This document shows, piece by piece, positions 16,797-25,492 of a stretch of DNA of 36,566 nt (the first letter of the stretch is position 1; each line of letters opens with the position of its first letter). Origin of the DNA: an uncultured Solibacteraceae bacterium (GTDB taxonomy: Bacteria; Acidobacteriota; Vicinamibacteria; Vicinamibacterales; SCN-69-37); contig CAZJTG010000005.1 of assembly GCA_964548865.1 (NCBI GenBank), positions 1 through 36,566 of the forward strand. The letters are read 5' to 3'. The notes under the pieces are model-generated. The model searched no databases, was not told where the DNA came from, and was given only the letters and a program-made list of their open reading frames with translations. The translations under genes were made by a program, and so were the position numbers.

Positions 16797-19139
16797 ATGG
16801 TGAAACATGTGCTTCGAAGGGTGAGTGTCCCGCTCGTGGCCTGCGCCACGCTCCTGCCGATCGAGATCGGTGCAGGCCGCGAATGGCGCGACCCGGCGCA
16901 GGCGTCACCGATTCCGCAGGATCTCAGGCCCCTGCTCGCGGCGCCCGTCAGTGAAATGCGCATGGTCGTCACCTGGTACACCGCGGATCGAAATACATTG
17001 ATCGGCCACTTCGCGGGGGCGGGACGAGGAGGGCGCGGCGGACAGGGCGGAGGTCGCGGGGGAAGGGCCGGAGGTGCCGGAGCGCAGGTCACCGGAGGCG
17101 GTGCTGCGGGAGCCGCTGCTGCTGCGCCCGTGGCGCAAGTCGTTGGTCCGGTACCGATCTCGCCGGCGCGAATCGCGCGTCTGAAGCGCTATGACCTCGA
17201 CTGGCATTCCGCGCTCAGGAAAATCGATCCGGCCAGGCTCACGGCCCTGGCCAGACCTGATCTCGCCGCGCTCAACTCCATCATCGAGAACAACCTGAAG
17301 CAGGTCGAGGCCGACGCGCTGACGCTGGCCCAGATCGCGCCAGCCGTTCCCTTCGCCTCGAAGATCGTGGACATGGCCGAAGCGCGCATTCGGGTCGATC
17401 CGATGGACGCGCAGAAGGCCGCGGAAACGACGACGGCGATCGTCAGGGAACTCCAGGTCATCCGCACCGCGCTGGAGTCCGGCGCGGCGAACGCGCCGAG
17501 GCTCGATCGGATGACGGCGCTGCGCGCGGCTGAGGCGGTCACGCAGCTGCGGTCGATCGCGGCCGAGTGGTTCGGCTTCTACAACGGCTACGACCCGATG
17601 TTCACGTGGTGGATGGGGATGCCATACCGGCAGATGGACGCGGGGCTGCAGGAGTACGCGGCCGTGCTGCGCGACAAGGTGGCCGCGGCGGCCGTGGACG
17701 GCGCCGCGACGCCCGCGGCGATCGCCCCTGTGACGCCGGCGCCTGCACCCAGGTACTCCTCGGTGCCGGATCTCCAGGACATCCTCCGACTGCCGCAGGA
17801 CGAGATGCGGGACATCGTCGCGCGTTTCAACAGCGGACGTCCCGGACAGGGAGGACGCGGAGGACGGGCCGGAGGCGCCGGTGCGGAGACCTCGGAGGCG
17901 GCTGGCGCCGCGCCGGCCGTCGCCGGCGACGCCTACTACGGTGCCTGGCTCGAGTCGCTGAAGTCCCTCGACTTCGACACGCTCACGCGCAACGCGCAAG
18001 TGGACTACCTCTACATCAAGTGGACGGCCGAGACGGAGATCGCCCGGGCGGCCGAGGTGATTCCGCCCGGCCCGCCGCGCAAGGCCGACACCTCGGACAT
18101 CAAGGGGCAGCCGCGCGGACGGGCCGGCCTCATCCGCGAGCTGGCCGACAACATGATTCCGTACACGCCGGAGCAGCTGAAGGCGCTCGCGACGCGGGAG
18201 TTCGCCTGGTGCGTTGAGGAGATGAAGAAGGCCTCGCGCGCGCTCGGCTTCGGCGATGACTGGAAGAAGGCGATCGAGCATACGAAGCGGACCGCCGTCG
18301 CGCCCGGCGAGCAGCCCCGCATGATCATGGGCCTGATCGAGAAGGCCGTCGCGTACTTGCGCGCGAACGATCTGATCACGGTGCCGTCCGTCGCCGCCGA
18401 GACGGTGCACATGAACATGATGTCGCCGCAGGCGCAGCTGACGTCGCCGTTCTTCCTTGGCGGCGTCGGCGGCATCATCGTGTCGTATCCGACGGATACG
18501 ATGGAGTTCGACGCGCGCATGCAGAGCATGCGGGGCAACAACCCGGGCTTCTCGAATGCGACCGCGCATCACGAGACGATTCCCGGGCACCTGCTCACGG
18601 GCTACCTCGGCCAGCGGTACGCCGGGTATCGCGCGAGCCTCCGCGGCGGCGGGCCGTTCTACGGCGAAGGCTGGCCGCTCTACTGGGAGCTGACGATGTA
18701 CGAACTCGGGTTCAACAAGACACCCGAGGAGAAGATCGGCGCCCTCTTCTGGCGCATGCACCGCTGCGCGCGCATTGTGTTTTCGCTGAACTTCCATTTA
18801 GGCTTGTGGTCTCCGCAGGACAGCGTGGACTTTCTCGTGAATGAGGTCGGTCACGAGCGCGACAACGCGACCGCCGAGGTGCGCCGGTCGTTCGAGTCCG
18901 CGCAGTATGCGAATCAGCCGCTGTACCAGGCGGCGTATCTGCTCGGCGGACTGCAGTTCCGCGGCCTTCGCAAGCAGCTCGTGGACTCGAAGGTCATGAC
19001 CAACAAGCAGTTCCACGACGAGATCCTGCGGCAGGGCAACATGCCGATCGCGTTGATCCGCCTGGCCGTGACGCGCGAGAAGCTCACGCGCGACATGAAC
19101 ATCAACTGGAAGTTCTACGGGGAGCTGCCGGAGAAGTAG
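16797..19139 (+). CDS. DUF885-family protein (metallopeptidase-like HExxPGH), secreted, with two Gly/Arg-rich inserts
   Basis: Signal peptide MVKHVLRRVSVPLVACATLL. C-terminal region has ATAHHETIPGHLL and EGWPLYWE blocks characteristic of DUF885. Inserts lie at ~17013..17135 and ~17835..17925. Confidence 0.75.
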   Translation: MVKHVLRRVSVPLVACATLLPIEIGAGREWRDPAQASPIPQDLRPLLAAPVSEMRMVVTWYTADRNTLIGHFAGAGRGGRGGQGGGRGGRAGGAGAQVTGGGAAGAAAAAPVAQVVGPVPISPARIARLKRYDLDWHSALRKIDPARLTALARPDLAALNSIIENNLKQVEADALTLAQIAPAVPFASKIVDMAEARIRVDPMDAQKAAETTTAIVRELQVIRTALESGAANAPRLDRMTALRAAEAVTQLRSIAAEWFGFYNGYDPMFTWWMGMPYRQMDAGLQEYAAVLRDKVAAAAVDGAATPAAIAPVTPAPAPRYSSVPDLQDILRLPQDEMRDIVARFNSGRPGQGGRGGRAGGAGAETSEAAGAAPAVAGDAYYGAWLESLKSLDFDTLTRNAQVDYLYIKWTAETEIARAAEVIPPGPPRKADTSDIKGQPRGRAGLIRELADNMIPYTPEQLKALATREFAWCVEEMKKASRALGFGDDWKKAIEHTKRTAVAPGEQPRMIMGLIEKAVAYLRANDLITVPSVAAETVHMNMMSPQAQLTSPFFLGGVGGIIVSYPTDTMEFDARMQSMRGNNPGFSNATAHHETIPGHLLTGYLGQRYAGYRASLRGGGPFYGEGWPLYWELTMYELGFNKTPEEKIGALFWRMHRCARIVFSLNFHLGLWSPQDSVDFLVNEVGHERDNATAEVRRSFESAQYANQPLYQAAYLLGGLQFRGLRKQLVDSKVMTNKQFHDEILRQGNMPIALIRLAVTREKLTRDMNINWKFYGELPEK

Positions 19140-19220
19140 CGGGGGCTCGCCCGCGTTGCCTCGCGTTGTCCACGACGATAGACTGCGGCTCCACCATCCT
19201 AATCAAGCGAGGCCAGCACT

Positions 19221-19622
19221 GTGACCAACGCCGAGATTCTGAAGAACACCTACGATGCCTTCGTCCGGGGTGACATCCCGACCGTGCTCGGGGCCATGAG
19301 CCCGGACATTCGTTGGCATGAGGCCGAGAGCCATCCCTACAACCCGAGCGGCGACGCCTGGGTTGGACCCGAGGCGGTACTCAACAACCTTTTCATCAGG
19401 CTGGGTTCTGAGTGGGACCACTTCGGTCTTCACACGAAGGCCTTCCATGACGCCGGCGACACGGTCATCGTCGAAGCCCGTTACAGCGGCGTGTACAAGG
19501 CGACGGGCAGGCGCCTGGACGCGCAGGTGTGCCACGTGTGGGATTTTCGGAACGGCAAGGCCACGCGCTTCCAGCAATATGTCGACACCAAGAAGATGAA
19601 CGACGTGATGCAGCCAGGCTAG
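19221..19622 (+). CDS. SnoaL-like / NTF2-fold (ketosteroid-isomerase-like) small protein
   Basis: 133 aa with a GTG start. Pattern ILKNTYDAFVRGDIPTVLGAMSPDIRWHEAE...VIVEARYSG...HVWDFRNGKATRFQQYVD is typical of the SnoaL_2 fold. Confidence 0.7.
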   Translation: MTNAEILKNTYDAFVRGDIPTVLGAMSPDIRWHEAESHPYNPSGDAWVGPEAVLNNLFIRLGSEWDHFGLHTKAFHDAGDTVIVEARYSGVYKATGRRLDAQVCHVWDFRNGKATRFQQYVDTKKMNDVMQPG

Positions 19623-19680
19623 GCGGCAACCGCGTCTCTCCACTTGACCATCTAGTGATACGCGTGCTACGGTCGGCGGC

Positions 19681-20004
19681 ATGCCGTCATCGCTGCTGCA
19701 GGGTACGCTCGACCTGATCGTGCTCCAGATGCTGCAGGCGCAGCCGACCAACGGCTACGACCTGACGCAGAGGATTCAGGCCACGACCGGCGACGTGCTG
19801 AACGTGAACGCCGGCTCGCTCTATCCGGCCCTGTACCGCCTGGAACGGCGCGGATTGATCACGGCCGTCTGGTCCGAGACCCCCGCCGGCCGGCGCGCGC
19901 GCCTGTACTCGGTCACCCGCGCCGGGAAGAAACACCTCTCGGGGCAGCGCGACGAATGGCAACGCTTCACGGGCGCGCTGGGCGCGATTCTCCGCGTGAC
20001 CTGA
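19681..20004 (+). CDS. PadR-family transcriptional regulator
   Basis: GTLDLIVLQML...NGYDL...GSLYPALYRLERRGLI...W winged-helix signature. It lies 4 nt upstream of the ADOP permease. Confidence 0.85.
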   Translation: MPSSLLQGTLDLIVLQMLQAQPTNGYDLTQRIQATTGDVLNVNAGSLYPALYRLERRGLITAVWSETPAGRRARLYSVTRAGKKHLSGQRDEWQRFTGALGAILRVT

Positions 20005-20008
20005 TCCC

Positions 20009-22675
20009 ATGCTGACCCGCGTCAGATTGTGGCTGCGGTCGGTCCTGCTTCGGGGCCGCTTCGAACGCGACATGCAGGAGGAAATGCGGGCGCATCTCGA
20101 GCGCGCGGCGGCGCGGCTCGAGGCGACCGGCGTGCCGGCCGACGAGGCGAGAACCGAGGCGACTCGCGAGTTCGGCAACGTCGGTGCGATCCAGGAACAG
20201 GCGCGTGATGCGCGCGGCGGCCGCGGCGTCGAAACCCTGCTTGCCGACGTCCGGCACGCCTTCCGTCACTTCCGCCGCACGCCCGTGACCGCACTGACGA
20301 TGGTGATCATCTTCGCGGTGGGCATCGGCTTCAATGCGGTCAACTTCGCCGTGCTGCGGTCGTTCACGAGCCGCGCACCCACCGGTGTCACGACCGACGA
20401 CTCAATGGTCCGCATCCGGGGTATTGAGCGCGCACGCGAACGACCGATCGGTCGCGAGTTCTCGTATCCGGAGTTCCGCGACTACGCCGCGGCCACCGGG
20501 ACGTTCAGTGCGGTCGGTGCCTGGACCTCGTCGGATACCGTGCTGCAGGCCGATTCCGGCGGCGCCATTCACAGCGGCGCGGTGTCGTACGTGACGCCGG
20601 GGTTCTTCCCGGTGCTGAACGTGAGGCCGATGCGTGGCCAGGGTCTGCCGATTGTCGATCGGGCGGATGCGAGAGGCGATGCCGCGTCGGACGCTGTCGC
20701 GGTGATCAGCGACGTGGTGTTCGAGCGCGTCTTCGATCGCGCACCGGATATCGTCGGCCGCACGGTCACAGTCAATTCGATTCCGGTCACGATCGTCGGC
20801 GTCGCGCCCAGGGGATTCAACGGCGTCCGCACGGGCGCGTCGCGAATGCGTGTCTGGCTGCCGCTCGGCGCGCGTCCTGTCGTGCAGCCGGCATCGCCGT
20901 CGCTAATCGAGGATCGCACAACAGCCGTCTTCGGGCTGGTGGCGACGCTCGCGCCCGGTGTAGAACCGGGGGCGGCCACGCCGGTCGTCCAGACGATTGC
21001 CGCGCGCAGCTCCGCGCTGCTTGATCCGCCGCGCACTCCAGGCGTTCTCACGTCCGACGTCGTGCCTCTGTTCCAGAACAACTACTTTCCGCCTTCGGGC
21101 GAAGGACCGGACGCCCTGAGCCGCGTGACGCAACTGCTGATCCCGATTCTCGTGATGTTGATCACGTGCACCAACGTCAGCGCGCTGCTGGCGGGTCTTG
21201 GATCGAGGCGCCGCCAGGAGATCGCCGTTCGTCTGTCACTCGGCGCGTCACGCGGCCGCATCGTTCGTCAACTGCTCACAGAGAGCATCATGCTGGCGCT
21301 CGTGGCCGGCCTGTTCGCATCGCTCGTCGTCTGGCTCCTCCTGCGCGTGTTCGAAACCAGTATCGAGGGCACCGAGGTCGCCCTCGACGCTTGGGGCGTC
21401 GCGTACACGGCCGCAATCGCGATGCTCGCCGGCGTCATTTTCGGCACGTCTCCAGCGCTGAACGCGACCCGCCTGGCGCTGGCCGACGCGCTCAAGAACA
21501 CGGCCGGTTCCGTGGCCGCGCGATCGCGGCTGCAGGCGGCGCTGGTCGTCGCGCAGATCACCTTGACGCAACCGGCGCTGCTCGCGATGGGATCGCTCGT
21601 GCTCGAGATGGCGGCGGAGCTCAGGGGCGTGCCGTCGCCGATCTACGGCGATCGCATCGTCGACATTCAGTTCAACACGAATCCGCGCTACGGCGCGATG
21701 ACGCCCGAGCGCGAAGCGACCGTGGCACGCCTCGAGCGCACGCTCGCGGCGCTGCCGGATGTCGTCGGCGTGGTGCGGCAGGATGCCCACGACGATGACC
21801 TGCGTATCGAGGGTCTCCTGTCCAGGTCGGGCGGGGATACCGAGATGCAGGCCCAGGGCGCTCCGCCTGGCTACTTCGACGTGGTGGGGATGCCGGTCGT
21901 GCGCGGCCGTGACTTCCGCTCCGGCGACGCAGGAACTGGTGTCGTGATTGTCGGCACCCGCGCCGCGGCTCTCCTGTGGGGCGGAGCCGATCCGATCGGA
22001 CGCGAGATTCGCGCGTTCAGCGGCCATCGCCAGCAGGCCGTCACTCTGACCGTTGTCGGTGTGGTCGACGAAGTGGCGGCAGGGTTCACAGGGGAGGATG
22101 GTCGCGAACGGGTGTTCGTGCCTGAGGTGCGGGCGACGGGACATCTGCGGCTCAGAACTCGGGTGCCGGCTGACGCGGTCGTTGAAGGTGTGCGACTGGC
22201 CGCCGCAGCGGAAGCACGGGAACTGCCCATCGTGGGTGTTCGCTCACTCCGAGCGCGCGAAGCCGAACAGCGGCAGTCGCTCTATCAGATCGTCGGGATG
22301 GCGGCGGGCGCGGGCCTGCTCGCACTCTTTCTGTCGGCCGTTGGGCTCTATGCCGCCGTGGCGTTCCTTGTCGCCGACCGTGTTCGCGAGATCGGGATTC
22401 GCTCGGCGCTTGGCGCCGACGAACGCCGCGTGGTCGGTCTCTTTGTTCGCCGTGGCCTGCGCCTCGCCGCGATCGGACTGGCCGGCGGCCTCGTGATGAG
22501 TTTCATGTTCGTTCGGTTGATGGCGCTGGCCCGCGACGTCGAAACGTCCGGCGACCTCTATGGCGTGGCCGCCGGAGTCTCCGCCCTCGTGATCGCCGCC
22601 GCGGCATTCGCGTCGTGGATACCCGCCCGCCGCGCCGCGCGCGTCGATCCGCTCGCGGCGCTACGTATGGACTAG
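20009..22675 (+). CDS. ADOP-family duplicated FtsX/MacB-like permease
   Basis: Characteristic N-terminus (RLWLRSVLLRGRFERDMQEEMRAHLE...EFGN). Two MacB-periplasmic-core/FtsX modules (...EIAVRLSLGASRGRIVRQL... and ...EIGIRSALGADERRVVGLF...). C-terminal PARRAARVDPLAALR. Confidence 0.85.
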   Translation: MLTRVRLWLRSVLLRGRFERDMQEEMRAHLERAAARLEATGVPADEARTEATREFGNVGAIQEQARDARGGRGVETLLADVRHAFRHFRRTPVTALTMVIIFAVGIGFNAVNFAVLRSFTSRAPTGVTTDDSMVRIRGIERARERPIGREFSYPEFRDYAAATGTFSAVGAWTSSDTVLQADSGGAIHSGAVSYVTPGFFPVLNVRPMRGQGLPIVDRADARGDAASDAVAVISDVVFERVFDRAPDIVGRTVTVNSIPVTIVGVAPRGFNGVRTGASRMRVWLPLGARPVVQPASPSLIEDRTTAVFGLVATLAPGVEPGAATPVVQTIAARSSALLDPPRTPGVLTSDVVPLFQNNYFPPSGEGPDALSRVTQLLIPILVMLITCTNVSALLAGLGSRRRQEIAVRLSLGASRGRIVRQLLTESIMLALVAGLFASLVVWLLLRVFETSIEGTEVALDAWGVAYTAAIAMLAGVIFGTSPALNATRLALADALKNTAGSVAARSRLQAALVVAQITLTQPALLAMGSLVLEMAAELRGVPSPIYGDRIVDIQFNTNPRYGAMTPEREATVARLERTLAALPDVVGVVRQDAHDDDLRIEGLLSRSGGDTEMQAQGAPPGYFDVVGMPVVRGRDFRSGDAGTGVVIVGTRAAALLWGGADPIGREIRAFSGHRQQAVTLTVVGVVDEVAAGFTGEDGRERVFVPEVRATGHLRLRTRVPADAVVEGVRLAAAAEARELPIVGVRSLRAREAEQRQSLYQIVGMAAGAGLLALFLSAVGLYAAVAFLVADRVREIGIRSALGADERRVVGLFVRRGLRLAAIGLAGGLVMSFMFVRLMALARDVETSGDLYGVAAGVSALVIAAAAFASWIPARRAARVDPLAALRMD

Positions 22676-22746
22676 GCCGCCTGGCGGGGCGGCTGCCTGG
22701 CCGGATCGACCTGCCCGAAAGTCGGGTATTCTCTGCTGCATCAGCC

Positions 22747-23616
22747 ATGGCTCAGATTCGTGCATTCCGCAGGCCCTCGATTCAGACAGTGCTCGTCGCC
22801 GGGGGCGCCGCGCTGTTATCCGCGTCCATTGCCGTTCGAGCCGAGCAGGGTCCGCCCCAGGGCGGCGGCGCCCGCCCGCTCGTACCCATGACGGCCAGCA
22901 CCATCGTTCGCGATCCGGCCGCGCACCTGGGCATGAACGTGTCGATGACGGCGTCGGTTGATGCCATTCTGTCGAAGACGGTCTTCACCGTCGATCAGGA
23001 CAAGTCGAAATCAACCGGGCACGACGTGATCGTCATCGCGCCAACGCTGCAGGCCCCGCCGGAGCTGAACGCCTATCTCACCGTGCAGGGCGAGGTGTTC
23101 AGGTTCGATCCGGCAGAGATCGCGAAGCGGAATCGCGCCTACCAGCTCGATTTGTCGGCGGAGCTGATCGAGAAGTATCGCGGCAGGCCCGCGGTCATGG
23201 CCGCCGTCGTCGTGACGCCGGCGCTGATCGATCTGGCGAAGCGGCCGATCGCGCCGCCGACACCAGCCGAGATTGCGATGAGCGGCGCGATGAAGACGGT
23301 GAATTCGGCGATGGGCGTCGTGCGCGCCGGGCTCGAACAACCGGACGCCGCCCAACTCAAAGAGCAAGCCGCCGCGCTGAAGAAAGCGTTTGCGGAAACC
23401 GAGGCGATCTTCAAGGCACGCAACACCCCGACCGCCGTGGCCTGGGCGAGCGAGGCCCTGAAGCACGCCACCGCGATGGAAGTCGCGGTCGCCGCCGGCA
23501 AGTGGGATGACGTCAAGGCCGCCGCCAGCGGCATCCAGCCCCTCTGCGCGCAGTGCCACAACGAGCATCGCGAGCGGCTTGACGACGGATCGTACCGAAT
23601 CAGAAGCGGCGGCTAG
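22747..23616 (+). CDS. Exported protein: unknown N-terminal domain fused to a class-II (cytochrome c'/c556-like) four-helix haem domain
   Basis: Signal peptide (VLVAGGAALLSASIAVRAEQ). The Ala/Lys/Glu-rich helical C-terminal ~110 aa ends in a single CAQCH haem-c motif about 20 aa from the C-terminus, as in class II cytochromes c. The ATG at 22747 was chosen. Confidence 0.6.
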   Translation: MAQIRAFRRPSIQTVLVAGGAALLSASIAVRAEQGPPQGGGARPLVPMTASTIVRDPAAHLGMNVSMTASVDAILSKTVFTVDQDKSKSTGHDVIVIAPTLQAPPELNAYLTVQGEVFRFDPAEIAKRNRAYQLDLSAELIEKYRGRPAVMAAVVVTPALIDLAKRPIAPPTPAEIAMSGAMKTVNSAMGVVRAGLEQPDAAQLKEQAAALKKAFAETEAIFKARNTPTAVAWASEALKHATAMEVAVAAGKWDDVKAAASGIQPLCAQCHNEHRERLDDGSYRIRSGG

Positions 23617-23677
23617 GACAAACGACAAGAACGGCGCCGCCGGCCGGAACGACGCCAACGAGATTCTCGGAGCAGGC

Positions 23678-25468
23678 ATGCGACGAATTGCAATCGCGGT
23701 GATGTGTGCGTGTGCGCTGGCGCCAGCCCTGGCGCAGCGGCCCGCTGACGCCCCGAAGACGGCGCCCTCCGGCAAGCCTCCGGACACGGTCTTCATCGAG
23801 GAACTCACCTGGGCCGAAGTGCGGGATCTCGTCAAGGACGGCTGGACGACCGCCATCATCGGCACCGCGGGCACGGAACAGAAGGGCCCGCACATGGTGG
23901 ACGGCGAGCACAAGTTCGTCATGGAGTACGCCGCCGACAAGATCGCCCGCCGCGTCGGCAAGACGCTCGTCGCACCGGTCATTACTTACGTGCCGGAGGG
24001 CAGCTGGGTGAATCCTGGCGGGCACATGGGCAAGCCCGGGACGATCACGCTGCCCGACGATCGATTTCTCGAACTCCTTCTGGCGGCCGGCCGCAGCCTG
24101 AAATCAGGCGGCTTCACGACGATCCTGTTCCTCGGCGAATCGGGCGGCAATCGCACCGGGATGCGCAACGCCGCGACGCAGCTGACTGAGCTGTGGAAGG
24201 GTGAGGCGAAGGCGTTCTGGATCGACGATTACTACACGAAGAGCCACGCCGATCAGAACGCGCACATCACGAAGACGATGGGGATTCCGGCGAGCGAGAT
24301 CGGCGGGCACGCCAACCTGCTCGACACGTCGGAGCTGTTGTTCGTCAACCCGAAGCACGTGCGCAAGAACAAGATCGCGCCGGGCGGCGGGTATCCGAAC
24401 AGCGGAGTCAGCGGAGATCCGACGAGATCCTCCGCGGCGCTCGGCAAGGTGTTTCTCCAGATCAAGATCGACAACGCCGTGGCGCAGATCGGGGCGCTCA
24501 CGTCAGGTACGTCGGGTACGGCGAGTGCCGCGAGCGCGGGCGAGGCCAGGCGCGGCGGCGCCGCCGCCGCGGGTGGTCGAGGTGGGCAGGCCGGAGGACG
24601 CGGGCAAGGGGGAGGGCGTGGCGTACAGCCGGGAGGACGCGGAGCAGAGAGCACGGCGGCATCCGCCGTCCCGAGACCCACAATGGAGACGGCGCCCGCG
24701 GGCATTTCGCCGACGAACCCGCCGGACACGGTGTTCATCGACGAGCTCACGTGGGAAGAGACGCGCGATCGGATGAAAGCGGGCTGGACGACCGCCGTCA
24801 TTCCGACCGGCGGCACGGAGAAGAACGGGTACCACATGGCGCTCGGCAAGCACAACGCCATCGTCACCCACGCGGCCAACCTGATGGCGCGGCGCCTGAG
24901 GAACACGCTTGTGGCGCCCGTGATTCAGTACGTGCCCGAGGGCAATCCCGAGCGTCAGAATCCAGGCGCGATCTCCCTGCCCTCGCCGGCCTACGACCTG
25001 CTGCTCGACGCCGCGGCGCGCAGCCTGCAGGCGCACGGCTTCAAAGAGATCATCTTCATCGGCGACAGCGGCGGCAATCAGGCCGGCATGCGGAACGTGG
25101 CGAACGTTCTGAACGAAGAGTGGAAGGGCCGCGACGTCAGGGTCTTCGCGCTGACCGACTACTACGAACAGGGCCGGCTGCACTACCGCGCGTGGCTCGA
25201 GGCCGCGTTCGGCTACGACGACACGATCGTCGGATCGCACGCGGGGATCAGCGACACGTCGCAGCTCCTGCACGTGAAGCCGTCCATGGTGCGGAAGAAC
25301 CAGGTCAAGCCGTGGGGCGGCCCGACGGACTCCGGGGTCTCAGGCGATCCGACGAAGGCCACGGCCGAAATCGGCCGCATGGGCATCGAGTTCAAGATCA
25401 ACGCCGCGCTCGCGCAGTACCGGGCGCTGAAGAATCCCAGGGGCGGACGGGGCGGCGGCGGACAGTAG
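23678..25468 (+). CDS. Secreted tandem-duplicated creatininase-fold (creatinine amidohydrolase family) protein
   Basis: Signal peptide MRRIAIAVMCACALAPALAQ. Two homologous modules start PPDTVFIEELTWAEVRD...GTAGTEQKGPHM...LVAPVITYVPEG...FLGESGGN and PPDTVFIDELTWEETRD...PTGGTEKNGYHM...LVAPVIQYVPEG...FIGDSGGN. They are joined by a Gly/Arg-rich linker. Confidence 0.7.
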   Translation: MRRIAIAVMCACALAPALAQRPADAPKTAPSGKPPDTVFIEELTWAEVRDLVKDGWTTAIIGTAGTEQKGPHMVDGEHKFVMEYAADKIARRVGKTLVAPVITYVPEGSWVNPGGHMGKPGTITLPDDRFLELLLAAGRSLKSGGFTTILFLGESGGNRTGMRNAATQLTELWKGEAKAFWIDDYYTKSHADQNAHITKTMGIPASEIGGHANLLDTSELLFVNPKHVRKNKIAPGGGYPNSGVSGDPTRSSAALGKVFLQIKIDNAVAQIGALTSGTSGTASAASAGEARRGGAAAAGGRGGQAGGRGQGGGRGVQPGGRGAESTAASAVPRPTMETAPAGISPTNPPDTVFIDELTWEETRDRMKAGWTTAVIPTGGTEKNGYHMALGKHNAIVTHAANLMARRLRNTLVAPVIQYVPEGNPERQNPGAISLPSPAYDLLLDAAARSLQAHGFKEIIFIGDSGGNQAGMRNVANVLNEEWKGRDVRVFALTDYYEQGRLHYRAWLEAAFGYDDTIVGSHAGISDTSQLLHVKPSMVRKNQVKPWGGPTDSGVSGDPTKATAEIGRMGIEFKINAALAQYRALKNPRGGRGGGGQ

Positions 25469-25492
25469 TGTCCGGTGTCCAGGTGTCGGCGT

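Noticed and set aside
16905-18797. 630-aa minus-strand ORF antisense to DUF885
   Set aside because: High-GC shadow frame rich in R/G/D/L/H, with no motifs. The plus frame carries the HExxPGH DUF885 core.
22676-22746. Possible terminator hairpin GCCGCC-tggcgg-GGCGGC after the ADOP gene
   Set aside because: The stem is short (6 bp) and not followed by a T-run. It cannot be distinguished from random GC-rich self-complementarity.
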